Shown piece after piece: positions 12,318 through 26,400 of a stretch of DNA of 64,000 bases (position 1 is its first letter; each line of letters opens with the position of its first letter). The DNA is from Octopus vulgaris (taxonomy: Eukaryota), in assembly GCA_951406725.2 (NCBI GenBank), contig OX597815.1:65162001-65226000 (forward strand), given 5' to 3'. A program made the translations under genes and the position numbers. Under the pieces are notes generated by a model. The model saw only the letters and a program-made list of their open reading frames with translations. It did not search any database and was not told where the DNA came from.

Positions 12318-15300
12318 TATGTGCAGACTTGGGCCAAATTATTTAAGGAAGCATAACAGTTACTCATCCATGCAAGTCTCCCCTTTCCATGCCACTAATG
12401 TTTATCCAAAGGAAAGGCTGCTAACTTGAACCAGTAAGACTGAACACCAGTGACATCGCAGGCACTACTGCCTTGCCTCTAAAAGTTCCACCAATCCACC
12501 ACTGTGGATTAGTACATTTCTTTTTTTGAACCCCCAAAAGGATGAAAGGCAAAATTGACTTTGATTGGATTTAAACTCAGAGAGCAAGCAGTACAATATA
12601 TCCTACTGGGAACTCTAATAACTGCCAAGTCACCACCTACAGGAAAATGTCTTCCTAAATCTAAAAAAAAAAATTTTCAAGTTAAATATATAAGCTGTTA
12701 TATACTGCTCACATCTGCAATACTGAACGAAAGTCACTAGCTGTTATAGATGGAAATTGATCAGAAACATTCATACCTCTCTAAAACATAAATTTAAGGC
12801 AAAATGATTGAAATTCACTCTCTAATTCCAACTGCTTATGGTGAATAATGCTTAGCTGTAAAATGTTCTGCTAGCTTTCTTTCCACAAGTTTAAACTTTG
12901 ACTCTTAAAATAAATAAATGAGACTTTGTTTGTACAATATAATCATAGGTCAAAACACCAAAGGAACATAATTCCATAGATTAAAATGAAAAATGCCTTC
13001 AATATACACAGCTTCTTGACCTCAGACAATATAAAATTTCAAGTGAATGTACATGTGTGTGTGTGTGTGCATATGTATATATGTGTGCATGTGTTGAAAT
13101 TATGGCATTATTATTTAACTCAAACATCTAACACTTAAAAGAACTAAGTGCACAGCATGAAAGAATGTCTAAAAACTGATTTTGATAATTGTGAGAGGAG
13201 ATTTTAGATATTCATTTATGTTTTACAATTTATTTATCTTTTTTTTGTTTTTTCTTTTTACCAGATTTTGGTTATGAGATCTCTATTTGATCAAAAAGAG
13301 CACTTGAATATAAATTATTGTAAAAATTTGGTGTATGAACTAATTTCTTGTCAGATTTTGAAATTGTTATCAGCCACTACCACTATCACTTCTACATCAG
13401 CTTTCTGTACTGGCATAGGTCAGAAGAATTGCTACATTCAAACTTAATTCCTGTTTGGAGTTACTAGCCTCAAAGATGGATTGGAGGATTATGTCTCATT
13501 TCTAAGCTCCATTTTTAGCATAGTTTCTATAGCTGGATGCCCTTCCTAACATTAATCATCTTACAAAATGTACTGGGTGAATTTTGTCATGACACTAAAT
13601 TTCACAAACAATGAAATATTGATTGTTGTACTTGCAAATCATGCAAGATCAAATTAAAAGATTACCGAAACTAACAAAGATAGAATAAATATTAAATTCA
13701 GAAAAGCTTAAATTCAAATAAGAAGCTGGCAAAGAAACATTTTATTTTTCATATCTATTTTGGATACATATAATATCCTACAAAAAGATAATACTTTTAG
13801 AAGTATTCACCATTCACCAGTACTTTTATATTTTTTACAAAAACAATGACTAATGCAGTTTAAAGCAATAAGGTGTATGTGTGTGGAACAGTTTTTGTTT
13901 TGTTATTTTCCAAATAAGCAAACCCATATTCGCAGCATTTTACATGAGAAATATAGAAAAAAATTAAAAAACAGCTTTTATCAAGATTTGGATCATTCAA
14001 TAACTCCAATAGTAGATAATATAATTATGCCAATTAGAAAATACATATGTAATATGTACACACACATACACACAAACTAATAAATGTTTGAATAAATAAA
14101 ATATTTTGGTTACAAAAATGGAACCCTTAGATTCCTCTCTACAAAAGCAGCACCATATGAAGAGATTAATACAAAAATATGTTAGTTAACAAAAGATATT
14201 CAAATAAACTGGCAGACCATACAACAATGCCAAAACATTTTAACACATTAAATGCAACAACTAACTCTAAGCTCAGGAAAAGAAAAAAAAATATAACCTA
14301 TACCATATGAATAAAAAAATCCAGATACAAAAGGCAAAAATTATTACAAAAACTCTCTTTAAATAGAAGGCAAAATACAAAACAAGCAATCATAACCTAT
14401 CACTAATATTACTAAATGAAAAAATTTTTAAATTCCATTAACAACTGCAAATCTATAAATAAACAGCATATAACCAGTGTAATATAAGAATTCAATATAA
14501 CCAATGAAATAGAAAAGTTCAACAAAATTAGACAAAGAGATACAGTCACCCTATAGACTAAACTTGAAAAATTGATTGTAAAAATCAATGATAATAGCAA
14601 AACATAACACAAAGTAGAACATACAAATAAATACATCTGAGTAACAAACTGAAGCCTGACACCAAAAAGCCAGACTATTCCAATTCCAAAGAGAAACTTC
14701 ATAAGAACAGTCGGGAAATAAACAACCAGTGAGGATTAAATAAAAAGAGTTTTGTATTTTTATAGTTTGAATCAAGAAGGGGTAGTAGTAGTAGGGACTG
14801 TCTCAGCATTATAGGTCCCTGGGTAAAGCAATGCATTGAAATCACTATATATAAACAACCACAACATACATAGATTAGCAACTGTCCAATGTGTTCATGC
14901 TTAAGACAGAACTGAAATGCAGTACCCATGGTATATTTATTTGCAAGGCCCCCAAGACTGGTAAGAAAAAGGAAGGAAAAAAACATGATTCATCAGGACT
15001 TACTGCAGCAGAGCGCATCACATCAAGTTATTTAATCCTCTCAAACCCAAGATCTAGTTCATAAGCTAGCAACAAATTAGCCAAACCCAAAAGTACATAA
15101 GGGCCAAACTGTGCTATTAAACCAAGTGACAGGTCAAAAGTCAAGCCAGCCAAGAACAGGAAATCCTATATCAACTGAATTGGGTAGATAGAAACTGTCT
15201 TTCACACAATTTATATCAACTCAAATAACAAACTTGAGTCAACCCAAGGATAGGGTAGAAAGTATCAAAGTATAGCACAGTATATTTTGAACCAGAAATC

Positions 15301-17806
15301 ACATGAAAATGTCAGGTATGTGTGTGTGTGTGTGTGTGTGTGCGTGCGTGAACATGCAGGCACGTAGAGTTGTGAGAGCCTTTTAATCATGAGAACATGG
15401 CTACCTCTCTAGTGCTGGCGTCACAAAAAAAAAACATTCCTTGTACACTCTGTAAACTGTGATGTGAAGACTCTTTAATGTTATCAACAAATCATATCTT
15501 TTGTATTGATGGCACAAAAAACAAACCCAATGCACTGAAGTGGTTAGTGTCAAGAAGAACATCCAGTTGTAGAAACCAAGCAAAATGAAAGAAGTGAGAT
15601 GGGGCAATCATGTGTAGGTGAGCAGATGTGTCCAACCCATACCAGCATGGATAGTGATCTTAAAACAATAACCACTGCCAACAACAAAGATAAAGGAAAA
15701 ACATACTTTAACAGTATGCACATATCCAAGTTTACAAAAACTATACCTTTCTCCTATACTATAGAGAAGAAATGGATGCAAAGAAAAATACAAAATGCTA
15801 ATGCTAGAAAAAAAAATAAAACCACCTAATTGTGCTCAAAATATTTCAGTACTCTTCCACTGAAACACATCATGGATAAGTATCCAATTGGGTGGGTTGT
15901 ATGAGAATTCACTCCAAAATATCAGTCCTATGTTAAAAGCCTATGATAGTGACAAGAAAACAGATCAAAGGAAATAAAGTTCACAAACTATTCCATACAT
16001 TATAGCAATAAATTTGATTTTAAAAGTTAGCAATAAAACTTAAAATCAAACTCCTCAATGGACAATAAAACACAAGCCAATCAGGATATCTATTCAGTCT
16101 TTTATACTAAAGATTATTATCAAAGATGAAATTTCCTTCAACTTATTTATAAATAGTATTCTATAAATACACTTAAAATGATTGGAAAATAGGGGTGGGG
16201 GATGCTAAGCTAGAATGAAATCATCATAACAGACAATATAATTGAAAGATCATTTAATAGTGAAGTTTAAGAACGAGAAACCTATGGCAGCATTGAATAA
16301 TAAATGTAGTCTGGTTTACTGAATCTTGTAAAATTTTTCATACTGGCCAAAATGAGTCTGAATAAATTGTACTTTTTTAAAACAAAATTTGTCTTGAACT
16401 GAAGATTCAAACTCAGCTACGAAGATTCTAAAATGATATCAAGTGAATAGAAAACATAAAACAAAAGGTGAGTACTTTTCATACCTATGTCATAGAGGAA
16501 GAAATAGGTTAAATTGGAGTTAAAGGCAAAAAGTTAAAACAGACAATATTCATTTTTTATGAGAAATTAAATTTAAAATCTTGAAAAATTTAGATAATCT
16601 ATTTTTACTTGAAACAAGTTTCTACATTGTTCATAAACCTTTCAATGATACAGCGAGCTTCATTAGTCACAGTATTTTTAATTAACAAAGTGATTGTTGC
16701 CATGTTGGTATTTACAATACTAACATTTGAACTTTTAGTAAATAATAGTTGATGAATAAAACTTTAGGATGACCAAGCACTCATTCTTCAGGTACATTAA
16801 CCAATACCACAAAAATAATTCTTTGCTTTTGTTCTCAACATAACTAATTTTCAACCCCCAAATAATATTTAATAACCTTAAAAGTCTTAAAATAGTTGAA
16901 TAATTTAGAAAAGAAAACCTCAACTGTGAAGGAATTAATAAGCAAAGTATACCAACACTTATTTGTACAAATAAAGTCACTTTGCTTATGAGTCACTTGT
17001 AATACACTTCAAATAATTTGTCAGAAGCTGATATCTATACCTTTTAATTTTTCTAAAAGTTTATATTGATTTAAATCAATTAACAAAATGTAATAACATT
17101 TAAAATACAAATAAAAATACTTCATTGTCCTAAATCTCTCTCCTATGTCCAGAAATCAATAGAAATTGAAGTAGAAATATTGTGGACAGTAGCACATTGA
17201 TTGTAAACATCAATTTTCGTAAAAGCTGTAAACATTTGACTTTTTTTTTATCAGAATACACAAAAATACCATTAGTTAATCTTGAAAACTTAAATTGATC
17301 ATCAATAAGGTATTTGATAGTAGAAATCAATGCAATGTGCCTGGTGATAATTACATAGTGTAATAAATTAAGGAAAACAGAAAACATGTTGAAGTAAACA
17401 AAAAAAACATAATAGGTTTTTTTGTTTCTTTGTTTGCAATGACAATTCACAATACTATAAGGAATTGAGGAAACAAGTTTTAATATGAATATGGCAACAT
17501 GAGTTGATTAAACTGAATACTTGTGTAATATGATGTAAATTAAACCAACAGAAGTACAACAGTCCCAAACAAAAAGCGGGGGGGACGGGACAGGTTTAGT
17601 AAAACTGCTAATAAATTATGTTTTTTAAGCATCCTGATTAATGATTGAGATAGTTGACAAAGTTCACTTGCTACATCTTCTGCATGCGCTTGACAACTGT
17701 TTTAATTCTTCAAGGCATAATAATCATCATACATCATCATCTTAAATATTTATCTTGGCAAAAATTCCTAAACAGCATTAACAGACATTATTATTATTAT
17801 TATTAT

Positions 17807-19394
17807 GGCTTTGGTGAGAAAGGACCCAAACAAGGGGGACACTATTGGGAACTTTCGGCCCATCACTCCGCTCAATGCAAAGCTGAAGACCTTGGCCAAG
17901 GTGTCAGCCAAGAGATTGGCGCTTGTCGTGGACGAGCTGGTTGGCAAGGCATAGACATGCGCCGTGCCGACCAGGTTGAAACACGATAATCTCATGCGCC
18001 ACACCATAGAGACGGTGGGTAACGACACTGGCGCGGGTGGGGCCTTGATCAATTTAGATCAGAGTAAAGCCCTCGATAGGGTCGACCATCGATACCTAGC
18101 AGCTGTTCTCAAGGCAGCCGGCTTCGGTCCAGTCTTCCGCGGATGGATCACTGCTTTATACAGCAACACTTCGACTTTTTGTGGAAGGGTCAGGTGCCAC
18201 TGGTCAGGCGATCCATCTGCTGTCAACGACCACTGAACGAAGACCTTGGCATGCCGTGGTTACTGATGCGCAGACATGCGCTCAGGCTACGACATCTCAA
18301 GCGTTTCCTAGACGGTGAACAGGTGTGGTCGTCTTTTGTCAGACACGACTTTCCGCAGCTCGTCTCTTTGACAGAGCTGTAGACCTGGATCAAATGTAGA
18401 CTGAGAAAGGGCGCTTGGCACCTCGAGTGCCGTCAAGCTCTCTCCGCCCTCTGCCAGACGAGCAATGCGATCGGTTTTAGTTCCACTCTAGCATTCTATA
18501 GAGGGTTAGTGGAGGAAAAATGCGACGACATTCTTGGGGAAACTCTAGGCATTGGTGATAACGAACTGAACAGTCTGTTTGGAAGAACTTTCGGGCCAGG
18601 GCCAATGGATAATTTCCAAAGGTCCCTCGCCTAGCAGTGCTACCAAGGAGCTCTGCCCATTCGAGATAAACTCTACCGGCACAGAAGTGCCGTCAGCTAG
18701 GCCTGCCCGAGGTGTTGCCAGGACGATGAAACCGTTCTGCACGCACTCGTTCAGTGTCCAAGTATTGCTGAACTATGGGTTTATGTCGAACAGCTACTGT
18801 CACGTATAGGACGGATCTGGCAACCAGCTGAATCCATAGTGAAGATTGCCTCGCCGACCTCCTTTAACAAGGAGAGCAAGGCCGTTTTCCTGTGCCTAGT
18901 GGCTGTGGCGAAGAGGTTATATGGTGGACCCGTTTGAAAGGGCTAAAGTCAGACACTTTCCTCTTTGGTCAAGGCCTCATCAACTTTTTCGAGTTTCAGT
19001 TGAAAAGGAAGATGAGGTTAGAGAGGTGAGTGCTGTCTGATAGCAAGTTTTCTGAAAGGTGGGTGAATTGTGCAAGAATGGCCAGTATAAATGGACCAAT
19101 TCTGAGATTTCGCCTGTACTTGAAAAAGGTATTATAAAAGGAGAAAGGGGCTCTCTACCCACCTTTTGACCAGGCTCCCATGGCTTTTATGGGTTTTTCC
19201 ACGTGAGACCTTTTCTTTTTTCGAAGCGTCTCCTCTATTGGGAGTTTTTCGTTGTTAAAATTTTTGATTGTTAAACTGCTTTTTACTCGTTTTTTTTTTC
19301 ACAAACGGACAAAACCTTTTGTAACCTTTCGTCCTGTTTTGTCCCTTTATGCTTTCCAATCATATTTGTCAGCCCTTGTGGACAATAAAAAGAA
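17807..19394 (+). mobile_element. Tx1/L1-group LINE, 5'-truncated with internal deletion, within (ATT)n
   Basis: GC-rich island. FRPITPLNAKLKTLAKV, LINLDQSKALDRVDHRYL, FDFLWKG and C-terminal CPRCCQDDETVLHALVQC zinc motif. U-rich 3' UTR with AATAAA. (ATT)n on both flanks. Confidence 0.85.
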
Positions 19395-19424
19395 TTAATT
19401 ATTATTATTATTATTATTATTAAG

Positions 19425-19640
19425 AAGGCAGTGAGCTGACAGAATCGTTGGCACACTAGACAAAATGCTTAGTGGAATTTTATCTATCTTAATATTCTGA
19501 GTTCAAATTCTGCTCAGGTTGACTTTGCCTTTCATCCATTTGGGGTTGACAAAATAAGTACCAGTTGAACACTGTAATAGATTAGCCCCTACCCTCAAAA
19601 TTTCATGCCTTGTGTCTACAGAAGGATTATTATTATTGTT
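19425..19640 (+). mobile_element. tRNA-derived SINE (second family, core gactttgcctttcatcc...aaaataagtaccag)
   Basis: A-box-like gagctgacagaatcg, B-box gagttcaaattc, (ATT)n tail. Other copies at about 12520-12650(-), 24090-24245(-), 36625-36800(-), 44551-45910(+), 46530-46660(+) and 54845-55000(-). Confidence 0.75.
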
Positions 19641-19883
19641 AAGTAATGTGGCACTAGTGAATTCAATTACAACCATTAAAACTAATTATAAGGCGTTTTA
19701 AAAACATCGCTACAGAAGCTAAAAACATTAAAAAAATACAAAGTGCTCTGAAACTAGACAATACTCTCTATCATCCAGCATAAATATTAGTTTTGCTTAT
19801 CTAAATGAAACAATCTCTGCTTAAATGCTTCAATGAGTATCACAAGAAATCATGCTTAAAAACTTTTTAAAGTACTGTGTTAA

Positions 19884-20108
19884 CTCTTGATATCAACCCA
19901 CCTGAGACCATATCTGGTTATATGATATAAACTTCTTGTTTTAAAGTAATCTAAATTAAAACCTTCTTTCAAAATTTCATGTTAATTAATGCTCTAAACA
20001 TCAAGCTTAATGATGACGAAGTAATTTAATTCAATCTATCAAAATTTTCAAAATTAATAGAGACAAAAGCAGTTTCTTTCAACAGGAATATAGTTTTAAA
20101 AAAAAGGG
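19884..20108. mobile_element. Putative piggyBac-like MITE
   Basis: Left end TTAA|CTCTT and right end AAAGGG|ATAA, a degenerate TTAA-CCCT...AGGG-TTAA. Confidence 0.4.
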
Positions 20109-21903
20109 ATAACAACATCTTACACTAACTAAAAACATAACTTCTGAAGAAAATGGTGAAATTTGAAATTGAGGAAAATTTTTTAGTGAAACACTATTCT
20201 TGAAAGCTAAAAGTTAGTTCCAAAATAAATTACCTAAACCAAAATGGAAATATAAAAATTATGAATCTTAATTACGACTAATAATCCTCCAAATCTTCCT
20301 TTGTCATAAGATGTCTCGCCCCAAGCTAATTTACTCTTTTTTTTATTTAAGAAGTTGATTTAAGCTTTAAACAGTGCCTTCTGATCAAAGCACTTCATAT
20401 AACTGGCTGTGACATTGTTTATTGACTTTTGTACAACAATTTCTTTGGATTTATGCTTTTAACATGAAAGATTACAATTTGTTTGTTTAAAAAAACAAAT
20501 TTTAAATTTCATTTCTTTTTTAAATTCTCCATTTTTCACTGTTTAACTTATTTCAACACTTTTGATTTCATCACAATTACTATCATTTTAACATCTACTT
20601 CTTATGCTTGTATGGGTCCAACAGAATTTGTTGAGGCAGATATTCTACAGTTGGATGGCCTTCCTGTCACCAAACCTCACCTGTTTCCAGGCAAGGTAAC
20701 ATTTACCCCATGGACAGACATATTTTCCACAGAAGATTGGAAACAAACACTATGCCAGAACAAGGAGATGGACACACACACACACGCATGTATACAAAAA
20801 TAGGTCAAGCCCAAAACCAAATGGTTGGGAAGCAAGCTTCTTAACCACATAGCCATCCCTATATCTCACAGCCATGCAGTAGGATGCAGTAGCGTTTGGC
20901 AAAATTTTTTTATATAAAATTTCAAAATTTTCGAACAAAAAAATGAAAAACTTATGCAGAGCCCACACAAATTATATCTTTCAATTTGTGTGTGTGTGTG
21001 TGAGAAAGAGAGAGAGAGAGAGAGAGCATGTGTTTATACATATGAAAACTTTTGTTCTATGTGTATAGAAATTATCAAAGTCTCTTTTGCTTTTGTTTTA
21101 TTGTGCATATACAAATTACAGAAGTTTCTTTTATTTTGTGTGTGTGTGTAGGAAAACATTTTCTATAAGAAAACCAAACACAAAAATAGTATTACAACAC
21201 TGTCTTTTGATCCACACCCAAGAGGGCAGGAATAAAGTCTACAGTAAAATCTTTAGAGATAAATTGTCTAGTCTCTCTCACTAACTTGTATATAAAATAT
21301 AAGGTAATGCCCTCCATCTTCACAAACACAAGAAAAAATAAAATTTTGAGAAATTTATTTTCCACAGAATAATCTTCCATACTGAAAACATGAAACTCCA
21401 ACAAAATTGTTGAAAAGAATCATAAACAAAAAAACTTTCAGCTGGTTATAACAGTGTGCTTTGATCAGAACTCTTCCCTTGAGACATCATGCAGCTATGA
21501 TCTGTGTCTCTATGCATCACGGCAAGATGAGTGAAACTAAAGCTCCAGTCAGTTTGATACTTCTTAAATCTGTTGCTAATCATATGAATATACTTTACTA
21601 AATGAATATTCTAGATATCGTGTATTGCAAAAATATTATTGGTAATTTCTTTTTTTATAGTCATTAAACTAACACTAATATGCAAATTATCATAATTCTT
21701 TCATAACCAGATTTCTAATTAAATACATTGTGCATTTCAGTTCATTTTGAAAACAATCAAATATTTCAAGGAATTCAAAACAACTTTTTCAGTTATTGCT
21801 ATATTATTAAACTGATATAAGAAACATAACTAAATATTAACACAAAATGATGAGAGATTTTAATCATTAACACACTAAAGCAGATAGTTTAATGTATAAA
21901 CTT

Positions 21904-23425
21904 CATCATCATCATCGTTTAGCGTTCGCTTTCCATGCTAGCATGGGTTGGACAGTTCAACTGGGGTCTGGGAAGCCAGAAGGCTGCACCAGGCCCAGTC
22001 TGATCTGACAATGTTTCTACGGCTGGATGCCCTTCCTAATGCCAACCACTCCGTGAGTGTAGTGGGTGCTTTTTACGTGCCAGACGAGGCTGGCAAAAGG
22101 CCATGATCGGATGGTGCTTTTTACGTGCCACCGGCACGGGGGCCAGGCGAGACTGGCAATGGCCACAATCGGATGGTGCTTTTTACGTGCCACCGGCCCT
22201 GGTATCACAGCTGCAATTTCCATTGATGTTGATCGATTTCGATTCTCACTTGCCTCAACAGGTCTTCACAAGTAGAGTTTTGTGTCCCAAGAAGGAAAGG
22301 TATGCATAAGTGGACTGGCTACATCCCATGTAGAGGCCACAGGTTATGGTCTCACTTGTCCTGCCGGATCTTCTCACGCACAGCATACTTCCAAAGGTCT
22401 CGGTCTCTAGTCATTTCCTCAGTGAGACCTAAAGTTCAACGGTCATGCTTCACCACCTTCGTCCCAGGCTTTCCTGGGTCTGCCTCTTCCACGGGTTCCC
22501 TCAACCGCTAGGGTGTGACACTTTTTCACACAACTATCTTCATCCATTCTCGCCACATGACCATACCAGCGCAAACTTCTCTCTTGCACACCACAACTGA
22601 TGCTTCTTAGGTCCAGCTTTTCTCTCAAGGTACTTACACTCTGTCGAGTATGAACACTGACATTACACATCCATCGGAGCATACTGGCTTCATTTCTTGC
22701 AAGCTTACGCATATCCTCAGCAGTCACGGCCCATGTTTCACTGCCATGTAGCATGGCTGTTCGTACACACGCATCATACAGTCTGCCTTTTACTCTGAGC
22801 GAGAGGCCTTTTGTCACCAGCAGAGGTAAGAGCTCTCTGAACTTTACCCAAGCTATTCTTACTCTAGCAGTTACACTTTCAGCACACCCGCCCCCGCAAC
22901 TGACTTGGTCACCTAGGTAACGGAAGCTATCAACTATTTCTAGTTTTTCTCCCTGGAATGTGGCAGAAGTTGGTCTCAGAGCATTTTCAGTGTTTATTGC
23001 TCCTGAGCATCTGCCACATACAAAAACTATCTTCCTAGTCAGCCTTCCTTTGACATTGCTGCACCTCTTATGTGTCCATAGCTTACACTTGGTGCATCTT
23101 ATAGAGTTTCTACCTACACCTTTTCTACAGATCAAGCAGGGCCATCTACCTGAAGGCGTTTGTGATTTGTCTACCTTCCTACTTATTAGGACTTTGGTTT
23201 TAGCTAGATTGACTCTAAGGCCCTTCGATTCTAATCCTTGCTTCCACACCTGAAACTTCTCCAGTTTTGATAGTGACTCAGCAATTAGAGCAAGGTCATC
23301 AGCATAGAGGAGTTCCCAGGGGCATCCTGTCTTGAATTCCTCCGTTATTGCCTGGGGGACTATGATAAATAGGAGGGGGCTGAGGACTGAGCCTTGGTGG
23401 ACCCCTACCTCTACCTGGAATTCTT
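21904..23425 (-). mobile_element. RTE-clade LINE, 5'-truncated, relatively young (RT C-terminal half plus 3' UTR)
   Basis: GVHQGSVLSPLLFIIV, ELLYADDLALIAE and a 268-aa open ORF (22443-23249). The 3' UTR has tandem ggtgctttttacgtgcca units and an (ATG)n tail at about 21904-21916. Confidence 0.93.
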
Positions 23426-26400
23426 CAGACAGTTATGGACTATTTTTCTCTGAAGAATAAATCAAATGAATTTCATGAATCTGAAATAGTAATCAATTCA
23501 ATGCTGGCATTATGTTACCTGGAATTCAGGCACGCAGTAAGTTTCATCCTATCATAAGACCATGTTTTTAAATGACCGTGTGTGTGTGTGTGTGTGTGTG
23601 TGTAGACTCACACACACTGATATACTGAATTTTGTATCATCCCTTCCAAGTTTATCATTTTCCTCACTGCTTGTTTATCTGTGTCCATATTTCAATTCTA
23701 AGAATTATATTTTATTCAATTTTATGCCTGATAAGCCCAAGAATGAACAAAGTGTACTAAAATATTCTGAAATGGCCTTTATCACATCACATATCATATT
23801 TTGTTATCATATAACAACAGTATAAGGCATCAAACTGACAGTAGAAGGCATCAAAAACAAAAAACAAGGTCACTTGAAAAAGTTAGATCTTATTTTGGTA
23901 ATATGGTTATTGCTAGCATAATGGCCAGTTGTATGAAGAATGAAATTCCAACAAGCTTTTTTTTGTTTGTTTTTTTGTTATCTATTTTATATATATCTTT
24001 AAGTCATGATAGAAGGCACTGCCCATGACCTGTTTAAGGCATTTGAGACTGGTGATAGAGAGGAAGTTTAACCCAAATGCATGCAACAAAAACCAAGTGG
24101 TGGTATTAAACCTGATGACAGAGTAAGTTTACAATCCAAGTAAGCCATGATGGAATTTGAACTGAAGATGCAATCAACTGGAACAAATACTACAAGGCAT
24201 CCTATTCAACATTATTACAATTCCACCAGTTCACCACCTTGGACTGATACTTTTTTAATGACCCTCACCAAAAGGATTAAAAGGAAAAATAGGGATCTTT
24301 TCTGTCTGGCACACACTTTTTGAAATTTTTTAATTTAGTACACTGATGTAATTTTTCACACTGAATCTGATGTTATTCATTTTAGGAAAATGTTACAGTG
24401 TTTTAAAGTTTCATTATTTTTATCCAATCGGAAAACAAGATTTGGAAGCTGGCATTTTGTGCTTAATGACAACATTATGATGACAAAACATTGAACGACA
24501 GAAGTTTAATCAGTATTAATGAATAAAGTCTTGTGGAATGTTGGAATATGCATGTAAACAATATCAAAAGGAAAAACCCGATTTTTTTTTTTTGCGAAAA
24601 ATTACAAAACAAAAACCTTAAATTATGAAAAAAAAAAAAAACTGTAGTTTTAGTTCATGTAAGCAATAAATACTTTGTTGTGAAAATTAAAAAAAATTTG
24701 CAATGCATCCTAAGAGTTTGTCAAACAAATTACAATTTTCCTATTTCCTACACCACATGAAATCGCAGATACAAGTCAACCATAGAATGGTGGGTGCAAC
24801 AGCATTGTTTATTACTTCTTTTACAGAGGCCCAAGTGCTTTCCACTTATGAGTGGGCACCATTTTTTGAGCTTATAAACTCAACATTGTGGTTCACTGTT
24901 CTATGTTGAAAATCATAAACATCAATTTCAGGAATGTGAGAATAGGCCCTCCACAAGTCACTGAAAATTGTGGTTCCTGGAAGAACCAACAAGCATATGC
25001 ATTCTGCTAGTATGTTGTGATTCCAACATGGCATGCATAAAGAAAATCTTGATTGGTCTCGCAACACACTTCTCTGAAAACCCACTGCTCAGGTAGCACC
25101 CTTCTTCAGTTAGGGGACTGACTATACCTTGGCTTGTTTCTATAGAAACTGGCACTAATATGTCTATGGTTTTCCATTGGCTAAAATTACTCAAAATTTT
25201 CAAACTTTAAATGCTATTAACTTTTTATTTATTAATTTATGGCAAAAATTAATTTCACTTCCATAATTAGCATACAAAACTACATAAATACAAATTTGAA
25301 ATTAATTGGAACAAAATTAAAGGAATTGAAAAGTGAGAGCCAATGAGAAAGATCCAAAAGTTGTCCTTAATGATACTTGAACTCAGAGTCATATTAATAA
25401 TACAAAGCATTCTGTCTGACACACTGACATCACTGCCAACTAAGCACCTAAAATCTAAATTATTTCTAGCCTTGTTCATAATAAAAATATTTGTCAGAAG
25501 TTCAGGAAATATAAGGAAATAGCTACAGACCAAACACATCAAATGTTATTTGTGAGGGGAAAAAATGTCATTATAAATTGAAATGATAGTCATAGAGGTA
25601 ATTAAAAATATTAAAAAAAATGCAATAAAAAGCAAATATTGAGAGAATTAAAATTCTAAACCCAGTCAACCAATACAATTTAGATTGGGAATCAACTTAA
25701 ATCCTTGAAAAATTATGCTAAATCAGTGACTTTTATTTTTTTTTTTTTATTCTTTCAAATAATCCACAAGATCTAACCTGACACTTTAATTATAACAGTT
25801 GAAATGTTTTTATTATTTTGATAATTAATTCAAAATAAAACATTAAAAGTGAAGTAGTTTAATATTGTGTCAATATCTTACTAATGGAGCATTATTATCT
25901 CAAGCTCAAATTAAGAACATTTTGTTTAGAATACCAAATAATTAATATTTGTTAAGTTTTAAATTGACCACCATTTAATCATGCTTCTGATGTGAATTAT
26001 AATAAACTATTTCTCTTGTACACAAATATAATTTAAATAAAAATTATTATGATATGTTAATTTCACTTTCTTATGTAGAAGTTTATCTAATTTACAAAAT
26101 AATTTCAAATAAATTCATCCAGGGTGCAGTTAAAACATCAGAACATTAACTCTAAACTTGAAACATTGATAAGTGTGCAATACAATTATGGTTTAAGTAC
26201 TTGGTTACAGGTCATAAGTTTAAATCTTTGACTACTAGTCTCAATGGAAACCACACCTACTTATTTTTCAGCAAGAAGCACTAAAGGATGTTCAGTAAAG
26301 ATTTTAATGACCAGCATAATGCAGCAAGAATAAAGCAGCATGGTGTTGCAATACATCTTTCTTTGATTCTTCAAGCTTAACTTATAGGTGGAGTTGAATT

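Noticed and set aside
22060-22200. Regularly spaced repeats ggtgctttttacgtgcca that look CRISPR-like
   Set aside because: Part of a LINE 3' UTR in eukaryotic DNA, with related spacers and no cas genes.
24290-25560. Possible DNA-transposon remnant
   Set aside because: Could not define TIRs, TSD or transposase motifs.
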